Source of the DNA: Minisyncoccota bacterium
Lineage (GTDB): Bacteria > Patescibacteriota > Minisyncoccia > Phycocordibacterales > JABMNX01
Direction: 5' to 3'
Assembly (NCBI GenBank): GCA_040876885.1
Contig: JBBDOU010000008.1
Span: forward strand, 42,986 to 106,985
Length of the DNA: 64,000 nucleotides
Numbering within the stretch: the first letter of the stretch is position 1; the number at the start of each line of letters is the position of its first letter. Both the position numbers and the translations under genes were made by a program. The notes beneath the pieces were generated by a model, which did no database searches, was not told the DNA's origin, and saw nothing but the letters and a program-made list of their open reading frames with translations. This document shows, piece by piece, positions 1 to 9,706 of this stretch.

Positions 1-1182
1 ATTATTGATGCAATTGAAACATCTCTGGCCACTGCATATAAAAAAGAATACGGAAAGCGCGGACAGATTATTCGCGCGACGTTTGATTTAACAACAGGAG
101 ATACAGAATTTTTCCAAGTAAAAATAGTTGTCGATGACACGCTCGTGCGCGATGAAGAAGCGGAAGCAGAAAATGAAGATGATGTGCGTTCACGATTCAA
201 CCCAGAGCACCACATTATGATTGAAGATGCTAAGCGTATTAAAAAAGACGCAGAGCTTGATAGCGAAATCACCTTCCCCCTTGAAACTAAAGACGACTTT
301 GGGCGAATTGCCGCACAAACTGCAAAACAAGTTATCGTACAGAAAATTAGAGAAGCTGAGAAGGTATCTATTATGGAAGAATACGGAGAACGTGAAGGTG
401 ACATCATCACCGGAACAGTACAGCGACTTGAGCGTGGAAACATGTTTATTGACCTTGGACGAGCAACGGGGATTATCCCGTATGAAGAACAAATCCCTGG
501 AGAGAGATATCGTCAAGGAGAACGTCTTCGTGCATACCTATACTCAGTAGAAGAAAGTCCTCGAGGAACATTCCTTCGCATGTCACGCTCACACCCTGAC
601 TTCCTTAAGAAACTCTTTGAAATGGAAGTTCCTGAGCTTGCGTCAGGTGCTGTTGGCATTAAAGAAATAGCCCGCGAGGCAGGTTCACGTTCAAAGATCG
701 CTGTCGTTTCACACGATGAGCATATTGACCCTGTTGGTTCCTTTGTTGGACAACGTGGAGTGCGTGTTACGACTGTTATGGGGGAGCTCGGTGGAGAAAA
801 AATAGATGTTATTGAGTGGTCAGAAGACCCAAAAGAATTTATTGAAAAAGCACTCTCCCCTGCAGAAATCCTCAGCGTAACGCTTGATGAAGAAGAAAAG
901 AAAGCGACTGTTGAAGTCGCTGACGACCAACAGTCTCTCGCAATCGGAAAAGGAGGACAAAATGTTCGCCTTGCTGCAAAACTTACTGGATGGAGAATAG
1001 ATATTCACTCTCTTGGCGGAGACACTAAAGAAATTACCCCTGAAGAAGTGCCTGCTACAGAGAAAGTAGCTCCAGAAGCAACAGTAGAAGCACCAGCAAT
1101 TGAAACTGAAGAACCAGTTACAGAAAGTGAGGTAGCAACTGAGGCACCAGAAGCAGAAGAAAAACCTAAAGAAGAAGCGTAA
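1..1182 (+). CDS. nusA: Transcription termination/antitermination factor NusA (5' end cut by window edge)
   Basis: Frame-1 translation is open from base 1 (IIDAIETSLATAYKKEYGKRG...) and joins track ORF 145..1182; S1-like segment and two KH-like motifs (IAIGKGGQNVRLAAKLTGWRI); acidic C-terminal tail. Confidence 0.88.
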   Translation: MIDAIETSLATAYKKEYGKRGQIIRATFDLTTGDTEFFQVKIVVDDTLVRDEEAEAENEDDVRSRFNPEHHIMIEDAKRIKKDAELDSEITFPLETKDDFGRIAAQTAKQVIVQKIREAEKVSIMEEYGEREGDIITGTVQRLERGNMFIDLGRATGIIPYEEQIPGERYRQGERLRAYLYSVEESPRGTFLRMSRSHPDFLKKLFEMEVPELASGAVGIKEIAREAGSRSKIAVVSHDEHIDPVGSFVGQRGVRVTTVMGELGGEKIDVIEWSEDPKEFIEKALSPAEILSVTLDEEEKKATVEVADDQQSLAIGKGGQNVRLAAKLTGWRIDIHSLGGDTKEITPEEVPATEKVAPEATVEAPAIETEEPVTESEVATEAPEAEEKPKEEA

Positions 1183-1255
1183 TCTAACCCACTAACACTA
1201 AAAAACCGAACGCAGAGCGTTCGGTTTTTTAGTGTTAAGTGCATCTAACAAAAAT

Positions 1256-1789
1256 TTACTTTTGACCCTTGTATCGTTCGATACAGTCCTTAATAACAAC
1301 AATGGCATCCTGAGCGTCTCCATACCCAAGCACTTTTGTTGTTCCTCGCTTTTTAAGATCCTTGTATGTGTTGAAGTGGTATTCAATTTTATTCTTCCAT
1401 TGCTCCCCCAAATCATCTAATGTCTTGATACGATCACCACTATCGTAATCAGTTGCTGGTACACAAATTATTTTATGATCTTTCTCACCATCATCTTCAA
1501 AATTAAGTACCCCGATTACTTTTGCCTCGACAACAACCCCTGTCGGAACTGGCTCAGCGGTTACGAGCAAGGTATCGAGCTCGTCATTATCTTCGTCGAG
1601 TGTTGCAGGAATAAACCCATAATTAGAAGGCTTTACAAAAATAGCGGGTTCGACTCTATCAAGCTCGAACGTTCCTTTATCTCTGTTGTATTCTATTTTC
1701 AACATAGACTTCTCTGAAATCTCAACTACCGTGTTGATTTTGAAATTATCCAAATCTCCTGGCGTATATAATGTATTGTAATCTGTCAT
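1256..1789 (-). CDS. ppa: Inorganic pyrophosphatase (family I)
   Basis: 177 aa; motifs PATLDEDNDELD, DGEKDHKIICVP and YGFIP are typical of soluble family-I PPase. Confidence 0.9.
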   Translation of the reverse strand: MTDYNTLYTPGDLDNFKINTVVEISEKSMLKIEYNRDKGTFELDRVEPAIFVKPSNYGFIPATLDEDNDELDTLLVTAEPVPTGVVVEAKVIGVLNFEDDGEKDHKIICVPATDYDSGDRIKTLDDLGEQWKNKIEYHFNTYKDLKKRGTTKVLGYGDAQDAIVVIKDCIERYKGQK

Positions 1790-1934
1790 ATATTTTCTAT
1801 GTATTATCTAAAAATGCACCTCTCGCTACAATATCTGTAACTGTGTAGACTACAGTATACCTATCAACAAAAGAAATGCACAATCCCACGTTTCTTTTGC
1901 TATACTGGTCGTATTATACATTTATATTCATCCT

Positions 1935-2786
1935 ATGAAACACGCATTACCATTTAGTCTTGTATCTACCAGTATTGTACTCGCGGTCTTTTTACTCACA
2001 CTCTCAACTGCATCAGCACAAACCACAACACAATTACGTCCCGCTGCACGCGAAGCTATCAAAAATGAACAGCCTGCACGACCACCCTCCCAGCCAGAAA
2101 ATTTCGAGAGAAAAGAAATCGAGATGCGCGCCATGGAAACAAAGATGCGTGATGATGCAATGAAAGAGGTCGAGAGTGAAGAAATGCACACTGATGACTC
2201 TCTTGAGGCAAAACCTCGAACATTTCTTGAAAAAGCACAAGCAACTCTTAAAGAAAAACGCCAAAGAGAGAATGCGGAGATAAGGATAAATGAAGATGCT
2301 CAAAGAAAGGACAACTTCTCTCGAGGCGAAGAGCCACGAGATGCAGTACTTAAAAAACAAAAAGAAGACCGCACCGTTAAGTTCCTCAGCAACATTAAAA
2401 ATAAAATGGATGCTGCAATCTCACGACTTGAAATACTTGCCGAAAGAATCGAATCAAGGATAGACAAGTTTGAAGCACGTGGAGTAGATATGACCGAAGC
2501 GCGTCGCCTTCTTGAAACAGCAAAAGAAAGTATCGCCCAGGCTGTAGAAAATATCACCACAGCGTTTGAAGAAGCGCGCGAAGTACTTGCTCTAGACCTC
2601 ACTCGAGATGCGTTTGGCGGAGTTGTATCAGAGCTATCAAAAGCAAAAGAAAACCTCCGCGCCGCGCATAGCGTACTCATTCAAGTAGTACGTACTATGA
2701 AAAACAGTATTTCAAATGAAGAAACTCCTGAGGATACAAACGTCGAAAAAGATGCGCCGGATTCAAATAGCCTTGAAAATAATTAA
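1935..2786 (+). CDS. Secreted coiled-coil protein, unknown function
   Basis: N-terminal signal peptide (LAVFLLTLSTASAQT), then a long charged, heptad-like K/E/R-rich region. Confidence 0.6.
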   Translation: MKHALPFSLVSTSIVLAVFLLTLSTASAQTTTQLRPAAREAIKNEQPARPPSQPENFERKEIEMRAMETKMRDDAMKEVESEEMHTDDSLEAKPRTFLEKAQATLKEKRQRENAEIRINEDAQRKDNFSRGEEPRDAVLKKQKEDRTVKFLSNIKNKMDAAISRLEILAERIESRIDKFEARGVDMTEARRLLETAKESIAQAVENITTAFEEAREVLALDLTRDAFGGVVSELSKAKENLRAAHSVLIQVVRTMKNSISNEETPEDTNVEKDAPDSNSLENN

Positions 2787-2813
2787 TAACCTTTGTAACT
2801 AACACCCATACGT

Positions 2814-3164
2814 ATGAATGAAGAAAATAAAAACGTGAATGAAGAGCCTGTAATGGAAACTCCTCAAGAAGACACCCCCAACACACCTCAAGGAAACAGT
2901 ACGGAAGAACATGCGTCCTCTGGCCCTCTTGTTGGGGTTGCAATTATTATTCTCGTATTAATCGTTGGCGGTATCTACTTCTGGAATACTGAGGTGAATA
3001 ACCACAAAGGAGACGCGACTCAAGAAACCTCTGCAGAAGCTACTGTAGACGCACTGAACACCCAGGGGACGTCTGATGAGGTTGCTGCAATCGAAGCTGA
3101 CCTTGATACAACTGACCTTGATAACCTCGATGCAGAGCTTGACGACCTTCTCAACGGGCTGTAG
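2814..3164 (+). CDS. Small single-pass membrane protein with acidic tails, unknown function
   Basis: 116 aa; central TM helix (LVGVAIIILVLIVGGIYFW); acidic N- and C-termini; follows the previous gene. Confidence 0.45.
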   Translation: MNEENKNVNEEPVMETPQEDTPNTPQGNSTEEHASSGPLVGVAIIILVLIVGGIYFWNTEVNNHKGDATQETSAEATVDALNTQGTSDEVAAIEADLDTTDLDNLDAELDDLLNGL

Positions 3165-3293
3165 AAACCTAAAGGAAAGCTCAAATAAACACCTCGACTC
3201 GTTGCGGTGTTTATTTTTTATGATGTTTTTGACTTTGTGGTGTACAAGCGGTAGACTGGGCAAACTTAATATCTAGTAAATAACACGTACACA

Positions 3294-4526
3294 ATGGCAA
3301 CAGAAACAGCAAAACTCTACGAAAACGTAAAAATAACAGAACTTGAAAACTCTGAAATTGAAATTGAGGGGGAAATTCCTCTTTCTTGTATTCCAGCATA
3401 TAGAACGAAAGCACTAAAAAAACTTGGTGAACACGCAAACATCGACGGTTTCCGAAAAGGGCACATTCCTGAAAAAGTACTAATAGAAAAGGTCGGAGAA
3501 GGATCACTTATGGGTGAAGTCGCTGAACTCGCGCTTGCGGACATGTATCCTACGCTTGTGCAGGATAAAAATCTTGAAGTTATTGGTGCACCACAGGTGA
3601 CCATCACAAAACTAGCCCCAGGAAACCCTATTGGATTTAAAATCAAAAGCGCCATAGTTCCTGCGTTCACACTCCCTGACTACACGACAATTGCAAAAGA
3701 AGTTATGGGCGCACCTGTAGTTGATGGTGATGCGCTTGAAGTAACTGACGCTGATGTAGAAAAAGTAATGACCGAAGTGCGTCGTGGAAAAGCGCGTTTT
3801 GAGAAAGCACAAAAACAAGCTGAAAACCCTAATACTGAAACAGGAGAACCAAAAGAAGAGCCTAAGGTAAGTGGCCCTGTTAGAACTAACGACTCCAAAA
3901 AGTCTACTTCTAACGGGGTAGGAAGCGAAACCCCGTTAGAGACAGGAACTAAAAGTTCCGAAGACTCTAACGGGGAAAACCTTCCAGAGCTTGATGATGC
4001 ATTTGTCGCAACACTTGGTGACTTTAAAACAGTGGCTGATTTTGAGAAACGAGTGCGAAGAGACCTTGAAAAAGAAAAAGAACAAAAAAATCGTGACAAG
4101 AAACGAATCACGCTTTCAGAGAAACTCATCGAAGCGACTGACATTAAACTTCCCACCATTTTAGTCTCAAGTGAGCTCGACAAGATGGTTGCGCAAATGA
4201 AAGACGACACTGCACGGATGAATATGAAATTTGAAGATTACCTTACTCATGTAAAGAAGACAGAAGCAGACCTTCGTCTTGAATGGAAAGAACAAGCAGA
4301 AAAACGGGCAACACTACAGCTCCTCCTTAATAAAATAGCTGACAAAGAAAAAATATCAGCAGACCACGATGCAGTACACAAGCAAATGGATATAATCCTC
4401 GAACACCACAAAGATGCAGACCCTCGAAACGTACATATCTATGTAGAGACTCAACTCACTAACGAAGCGGTATTCCAACTACTTGAAGAAGAAAAGAAAG
4501 AAAAAGAAACCCCAGTTGAGAAGTAA
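3294..4526 (+). CDS. tig: Trigger factor (ribosome-associated chaperone)
   Basis: N-terminal ribosome-binding signature IDGFRKGHIPEKVL; classic tig-clpP order. Confidence 0.9.
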   Translation: MATETAKLYENVKITELENSEIEIEGEIPLSCIPAYRTKALKKLGEHANIDGFRKGHIPEKVLIEKVGEGSLMGEVAELALADMYPTLVQDKNLEVIGAPQVTITKLAPGNPIGFKIKSAIVPAFTLPDYTTIAKEVMGAPVVDGDALEVTDADVEKVMTEVRRGKARFEKAQKQAENPNTETGEPKEEPKVSGPVRTNDSKKSTSNGVGSETPLETGTKSSEDSNGENLPELDDAFVATLGDFKTVADFEKRVRRDLEKEKEQKNRDKKRITLSEKLIEATDIKLPTILVSSELDKMVAQMKDDTARMNMKFEDYLTHVKKTEADLRLEWKEQAEKRATLQLLLNKIADKEKISADHDAVHKQMDIILEHHKDADPRNVHIYVETQLTNEAVFQLLEEEKKEKETPVEK

Positions 4527-4577
4527 CAGCGGTGTGCTACTATTGCATAATACTTATTGGTTTATCTAAATTAATGT

Positions 4578-5174
4578 ATGAAACACGGAGATATAAAAAA
4601 CCAACTCGTTCCCATGGTGGTTGAAAAATCACAAGGAGGTGAACGTGCATATGATATTTATTCACGCCTCTTAAAGGACCGTATTATATTCTTGGCGGGT
4701 CCTATTGATGACCACACGGCAAATCTTATCATCGCACAGCTCCTCTTCCTCGAATCTGAGGACCCAAAGAAAGATATCTCTTTCTACATCAACTCACCAG
4801 GAGGTAGCGTCTCAGACGGACTCGCGATACTTGATACTATGAACCATATAAAACCAGATGTTTCTACAGTCTGTGTCGGACTTGCAGCATCGATGGGAGC
4901 TGTACTACTTTCAGCTGGAAAGAAAGGTAAACGATTTGCACTTCCAAACGCTGAAGTGATGGTCCACCAACCATGGGGTGGAGCACAAGGACAAGCGTCA
5001 GACATTGAAATCACCGCAAAGCATATTCTTGCAACACGAGAGCGGTTAAATAAAATTCTTGCTAAAAATACTGGAAAGAGTCTTCCCCAGATAGAAAAAG
5101 ATGTCGACCGAGACTACTTTATGACCTCAGACGAAGCTAAAAAATATGGACTCGTTGACGAGGTATTGAAATAA
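4578..5174 (+). CDS. clpP: ATP-dependent Clp protease proteolytic subunit
   Basis: 198 aa; active-site region [30 protein letters not shown]; directly follows tig. Confidence 0.95.
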   Translation: MKHGDIKNQLVPMVVEKSQGGERAYDIYSRLLKDRIIFLAGPIDDHTANLIIAQLLFLESEDPKKDISFYINSPGGSVSDGLAILDTMNHIKPDVSTVCVGLAASMGAVLLSAGKKGKRFALPNAEVMVHQPWGGAQGQASDIEITAKHILATRERLNKILAKNTGKSLPQIEKDVDRDYFMTSDEAKKYGLVDEVLK

Positions 5175-5185
5175 CATGTAATCGA

Positions 5186-5218
5186 AAAACGCCGTGCATA
5201 TCCTGCACGGCGTTTTTA
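5186..5218 (+). terminator. Rho-independent terminator after clpP
   Basis: Hairpin gccgtgca-tatcc-tgcacggc followed by TTTTT. Confidence 0.75.
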
Positions 5219-5671
5219 TTTATATGCATCTTTTCTTAGTGCGTACGCACCCCATAAAATAATTGCCTCTTTGACATTGAGACTTCCATTCTGGGGTAAT
5301 GTAGAAATAGTACGCGAGCTTAAAACAATACAGCGCACCGAAGCCGAGGACCCACAGAATAGTTGCTTGAATAAGATCTACAAGCACGAGTTGCATTTCC
5401 GTCTCCATTTCTAAACATTTCTATTCAAAATAGAGAACAATGCGAACAGTTAGACAATCGCAAAAACCCGTGATATATTCAGAGTGCACTGCAATAGTGT
5501 TCTTATTTAATTTAACACTGAAATCAAGCCCTTTACCTTACGTTGCTGATGTTCCTGAATGACAGAAATCCTCACGATGGCCCGTATCACCATATACTCT
5601 CTATATAGACCTTACATACTACATAAAAACCATCCGTATACTCACTATAAAGGCACGATTTTAGCCTACAT

Positions 5672-7201
5672 ATGTCATTAAAAGTAATACTGGTTCTGCT
5701 CATCGTTGCGGGACTTATCGGTATTGCAGTTGGTTACTTTCTACGTTGGCTCCATTCTCTTGGAAGACGAGGTTCAATGGAACTCGAAATCAAGCAAATG
5801 ATGCTTGAGGCACGTGACGATGCGAAAAACATCACAAAAGAAGCCGAAGCAAAAGCCGAAAAGACACTCACTGAGCTGAGTCAAGAGCTAAAAGAAGGAA
5901 GAGAACAGTTGAAGAGAACTGAAGACCGTCTTGTAAAAAAGGAGGAGCTTTTAGATAAACGACAGACAGATATCGACGCTGATGTTGAAAACCTCAAAAA
6001 GAAAATAGAAGAAGTCCGCGTATTTAAAGAAAAAGCTGAAGCGTTGGTTCTAGAACGACAACTGAGTTTAAGTAATGTTGCACATCTTAGTGCTGACGAT
6101 GCAAAAAAGGAGCTCCTTGGGCTTATTGAAAAACAGTCTGAAGAAGATATGCTTATCCGTCTTCAAAAGCTAGAAATTGAAGGGAAAGAACGTCTTGAAA
6201 GAAAAGCGCAGGATATCCTTACCACCTCTATTCACCGTCTTGGAAACTCAGTGATTGACGATATTATGTCTACGTCAGTGAAAATTCCATCTGATGAAGT
6301 TAAAGGAAAGATAATTGGAAAAGAAGGTCGTAATATAAAAGCATTTGAACGGGCAACCGGCGTTGACGTCATTATTGATGACACACCACACACAATAAAT
6401 ATCTCATCATTTGACCCGATTCGTCGTCATGTAGCACGTATTGCACTAGAGAACCTTATCGCTGACGGACGAATTCAACCGGCAAAAATTGAAGAAGTGG
6501 TACAGAAGGCAAAAGATGAAATCAATAAGACGATTAAAGAAAAAGGTGAGCAAGCAGCGTACGAATCAGGAGTACATAATCTTGATCCACGCGTTGTCGC
6601 GATACTTGGGCGCCTTCACTTCCGTACGAGCTACGGGCAAAACGTCTTGTACCACTCAATAGAGATGGCGCACATTGCGGGAATGCTTGCAGAAGAACTT
6701 GGTGCTGACCCGTACGTTGCACGCGCTGGAGCACTCCTTCATGACATCGGTAAAGCGGTTGATCACGAGGTTCAAGGAACACATGTTGAGATAGGAAAAC
6801 GTATCTTACAAAAATTCGGAGTAGACGAGGCTATCATCAAGGCGGTTATCGCACATCACGAAGAATACCCGTACGAGACACCTGAATCTATGATAGTTCA
6901 AGTTGCTGATGCTATTTCAGGTGGACGACCTGGAGCACGTCGTGATTCTGTAGAGAACTATATACAACGTCTCGAAGAGCTTGAGGCTATAGCCAAAAAC
7001 TTCCCTGGTGTTGAAAAGAGTTACGCAATTCAGGCTGGACGAGAAATTAGAGTATTCGTAACTCCTGAGAAAGTCTCTGACTTAGAAGCTAAGAAAATGG
7101 CGCGTTCTATAGCGCTCCAGATTGAAAACGAGCTCAAATACCCAGGAGAAATTAAGGTAAATGTTATCCGAGAGTCACGCTCTATAGAGTTTGCGCGGTA
7201 A
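5672..7201 (+). CDS. rny: Ribonuclease Y
   Basis: N-terminal TM helix, coiled coil, KH domain (KGKIIGKEGRNIKAFERATGVDVIID) and HD domain (HSIEMAHIAGMLAEELG...LLHDIGK). Confidence 0.9.
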   Translation: MSLKVILVLLIVAGLIGIAVGYFLRWLHSLGRRGSMELEIKQMMLEARDDAKNITKEAEAKAEKTLTELSQELKEGREQLKRTEDRLVKKEELLDKRQTDIDADVENLKKKIEEVRVFKEKAEALVLERQLSLSNVAHLSADDAKKELLGLIEKQSEEDMLIRLQKLEIEGKERLERKAQDILTTSIHRLGNSVIDDIMSTSVKIPSDEVKGKIIGKEGRNIKAFERATGVDVIIDDTPHTINISSFDPIRRHVARIALENLIADGRIQPAKIEEVVQKAKDEINKTIKEKGEQAAYESGVHNLDPRVVAILGRLHFRTSYGQNVLYHSIEMAHIAGMLAEELGADPYVARAGALLHDIGKAVDHEVQGTHVEIGKRILQKFGVDEAIIKAVIAHHEEYPYETPESMIVQVADAISGGRPGARRDSVENYIQRLEELEAIAKNFPGVEKSYAIQAGREIRVFVTPEKVSDLEAKKMARSIALQIENELKYPGEIKVNVIRESRSIEFAR

Positions 7202-7265
7202 ATTTCTGAAGCACATTGACATAAGACACCAATACATAGCGTAATACTTGTGCAAAATACAGATA

Positions 7266-7293
7266 TTGCGCTAACAATGGGGCTCTGTATAAT
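7266..7293 (+). promoter_or_regulatory. Candidate sigma70-type promoter for hup
   Basis: TTGCGC-N16-TATAAT about 70 nt upstream of the hup start. Confidence 0.3.
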
Positions 7294-7363
7294 GATTGTG
7301 TAATTTCACAGTACAGAATGTATACATTATGTCCTGGTTATTAATGCACAAGGTCGAGATTAA

Positions 7364-7660
7364 ATGACTTTTAGCAAAACACATATGAACAAAGCAGCAA
7401 TCGTAGAAAAAGTACACGAGACGCTTGGTGGAACTAAAGCTGACGCAGAACGCGCAGTGGATACAATGGTAGGAAGTATCATTGACAGCCTTAAAGGAGG
7501 TCAGGAAGTTTCAATCGCAGGTCTTGGTATTTTTGAAGCTAAGATGCGAAGTGCACGAACTGGACGAAATCCTCGAACAGGAGAGTCAATCCAAATTCCA
7601 GCTATGCGCGTACCAAAATTCCGCGCAGCTAAAGCACTTAAAGACGCAGTAAAAAATTAA
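7364..7660 (+). CDS. hup: DNA-binding protein HU
   Basis: 98 aa; HU/IHF fold signature GLGIFEAKMRSARTGRNPRTGESIQIPAMRVPKFRAAKALKDAV. Confidence 0.9.
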   Translation: MTFSKTHMNKAAIVEKVHETLGGTKADAERAVDTMVGSIIDSLKGGQEVSIAGLGIFEAKMRSARTGRNPRTGESIQIPAMRVPKFRAAKALKDAVKN

Positions 7661-7688
7661 GCTTAATTTTTAACTTGTCACTATCTAT

Positions 7689-7716
7689 AAAAGCCTCACG
7701 AAAGTGAGGCTTTTAT
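7689..7716 (+). terminator. Rho-independent terminator after hup
   Basis: gcctcac-gaaa-gtgaggc hairpin followed by TTTT. Confidence 0.75.
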
Positions 7717-7736
7717 AGTGGAGATGTAGTTTCTTA

Positions 7737-7811
7737 AGAGAGAATCGGTCACGGTCGCTAAATGTTTTGGGGTCAAGTTTCTAAACTTGCTTTGTTAGTA
7801 GAGAGAATCGA
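7737..7811. repeat. Two partial copies of the tRNA-Gly(TCC) T-loop/3' stem flanking an 18-nt motif TTGGGGTCAAGTTTCTAA
   Basis: agagagaatcg at 7737 and 7798 matches the T-arm of the adjacent tRNA (gtagagagaatcgaac at 7932); the same 18-mer recurs at 12986. Confidence 0.5.
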
Positions 7812-7892
7812 CGACTAGTCACTAAGTAAAATTTTCGTCTTTCAGACTTAATTTTACTTAGTGCTTTTCGTCTAGCCTCAGCTAAATACAAA

Positions 7893-7920
7893 AAGACCCC
7901 ATAAAACGTGGGGTCTTTTT
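7893..7920. terminator. Bidirectional hairpin terminator just 3' of tRNA-Gly(TCC)
   Basis: agacccca-taaaacg-tggggtct with T-runs on both strands. Confidence 0.65.
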
Positions 7921-7928
7921 GTATTTTG

Positions 7929-7999
7929 TGCGGGTAGAGAGAATCGAACTCTCGTCTACTGCTTGGAAGGCAGTCATTCTACCACTAAACTATACCCGC
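7929..7999 (-). tRNA. tRNA-Gly (anticodon TCC)
   Basis: Reverse complement GCGGGTATAGTTTAGTGGTAGAATGACTGCCTTCCAAGCAGTAGACGAGAGTTCGATTCTCTCTACCCGCA folds as a cloverleaf; anticodon loop CTTCCAA. Confidence 0.9.
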
Positions 8000-8037
8000 T
8001 CTTATAACTCAACGAATGTAATCCTACCAAAATACAA

Positions 8038-8060
8038 CAAACCCCGCAATTGCGGGGTTT
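8038..8060. terminator. Bidirectional terminator hairpin (aaaccccgcaattgcggggttt)
   Basis: Perfect palindrome; T-rich on the minus-strand side, just downstream of the small acidic ORF. Confidence 0.6.
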
Positions 8061-8083
8061 GTTAGTTGAAGATTGAATAAAAA

Positions 8084-8203
8084 TTACTCAGCTGCTTCTT
8101 CTGTAGTTGCTTCTTCAACAGCTCCTTCAGTTGCTGGTGCATCTGTAGTTGCTTCTTCAGTTCCTTCTGCTCCTTCTACTACTTCGTCAAATACGAATGT
8201 CAT
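8084..8203 (-). CDS. Small acidic peptide (39 aa), unannotated
   Basis: ATG...TAA ORF MTFVFDEVVEGAEGTEEATTDAPATEGAVEEATTEEAAE, below the ORF-track length cutoff; followed by a CCCCGCA hairpin terminator; N-terminus resembles a second acidic mini-ORF at 52112..52228. Confidence 0.3.
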   Translation of the reverse strand: MTFVFDEVVEGAEGTEEATTDAPATEGAVEEATTEEAAE

Positions 8204-8407
8204 AATATTTTTTGTCTTACGTTCAAACACCATTTAAAGTGTTCGGAACACTGATAAACAAAAAGCTGGGCTTATAACCCAAGCTATGTCCATAAGTATA
8301 CATGAGACACCCGTATTGTCAATACTACATAATAAATATAATCTATTGTCAAAATCTATAATAACCCGTGTTGAAGGGCTCTTTCTTGGTGTTATACTAA
8401 ATAAACT

Positions 8408-9571
8408 ATGCCGATATTTGCACTTATTCAAGTACTCATCAGTCGTATTGTTATTACAGTGATTGCGGTTCTCTCAGTAGTAGGAATTGGGTCATTTTCT
8501 GAAGCGCCACAGCACCTCGTCATAGAGGAGAAACCGGTGTCCATACAAGAAGAAACAACGCTACCTATCGATGGAGTAGTGGACATCCGAGAGCTCTCTG
8601 AAGAGTCTCTACCCGACCCAGAAGAATCGAAGCCTAAGGAAGCAGTATCGGTCCCTATAGCTGAAGAGACAGTTGAAGTGCCAGTAACCATCCCAATTCA
8701 GGAAGTTACAGTCCCCTTGTCCTTCTCTCAAATCAACACTGATACAGCAAAGACCCTCGTGAACGTGCTGTGCACACAAAATTCAGCGGGCGCAGCGCAT
8801 CCAATCACAGGGAGTGGGGTGATTATTGACCCACGAGGTGTTGTTATCACTAACGCACACGTGGCTCAGTTTTTTCTTTTGAAAGACCATCCGGTTGAAA
8901 ATGCACTCCAATGTACTTTAAGAACAGGAAGTCCTGCTCGAAACACATATACCGCTGAACTTCTGTATATATCACCAGAATGGGTGCGCCTCCACGCAAG
9001 TGACATAAACAATACTGCCCCAAAAGGCACTGGTGAGTACGACTATGCACTCTTGCGCATTACAGGGCGTACTGATCCCCAAGCACAGCTTCCAGCAACC
9101 TTCCCGTTCGTCTCTATTGGTATACATGACGAATCCATACAAACGGGTGATCAAGCGCTCGTTGCAGCGTACCCAGCAGGCTTCCTTGGGGGAGTCTCTA
9201 TTCAAAGAGATCTGTTCTCAGTCTCGAGTGTCGCGACAATAGGAGAGCGGTTTACGTTTCTTGAAAACACCATCGACCTTATTTCCGTTGGAGGGACGGT
9301 CGTCTCACAAGGAGGTTCTTCCGGAGGAGCGGTTGTCTCACAAGAAAATACCTTGATTGGTATAATCGTCACGAGTACGCAAGCTGATACAACTGCCGAG
9401 CGTGACTTACGTGCAATAACCACGGGGTATATAAATCGCTCCCTTATTGAAAACGAAAACACGACAATCGAAGGCCTGTTGTTTGGAGATGTCTTACTTA
9501 AAGCAAGACTGTTTAACTTGGGTGTCGCACCAGCGCTCACTGCATTATTTCTCCCCTATTTAGTGCAATAA
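8408..9571 (+). CDS. Membrane-anchored trypsin-like (S1 family) serine protease
   Basis: N-terminal TM helix, acidic linker, then catalytic His (VITNAHV), Asp (DYALLRI) and Ser (GGSSGGAVV) contexts. Confidence 0.75.
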   Translation: MPIFALIQVLISRIVITVIAVLSVVGIGSFSEAPQHLVIEEKPVSIQEETTLPIDGVVDIRELSEESLPDPEESKPKEAVSVPIAEETVEVPVTIPIQEVTVPLSFSQINTDTAKTLVNVLCTQNSAGAAHPITGSGVIIDPRGVVITNAHVAQFFLLKDHPVENALQCTLRTGSPARNTYTAELLYISPEWVRLHASDINNTAPKGTGEYDYALLRITGRTDPQAQLPATFPFVSIGIHDESIQTGDQALVAAYPAGFLGGVSIQRDLFSVSSVATIGERFTFLENTIDLISVGGTVVSQGGSSGGAVVSQENTLIGIIVTSTQADTTAERDLRAITTGYINRSLIENENTTIEGLLFGDVLLKARLFNLGVAPALTALFLPYLVQ

Positions 9572-9642
9572 TATATACCGTTGACTTTCTTTTCCTCTGA
9601 GAGTAAAACTAAAATAGTATCGAGATTTGAACCAAAAATAAC

Positions 9643-9678
9643 AAAGACCTTTACACAGACGTCTGTGTAAAGGTCTTG
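9643..9678. terminator. Bidirectional palindromic terminator between convergent protease and mscS genes
   Basis: agacctttacacagacg/cgtctgtgtaaaggtct perfect inverted repeat. Confidence 0.65.
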
Positions 9679-9706
9679 CTCCGTTCCTAGGAAGACGTCT
9701 GTCAGA

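Noticed and set aside
3680-4210. Long antisense ORFs inside tig (3680..4210), VirB6 (34941..35543) and polA (58213..58608), among others
   Set aside because: They lie fully inside well-supported genes on the opposite strand. Their Ser/Ala/Arg-rich translations are typical antisense artefacts.
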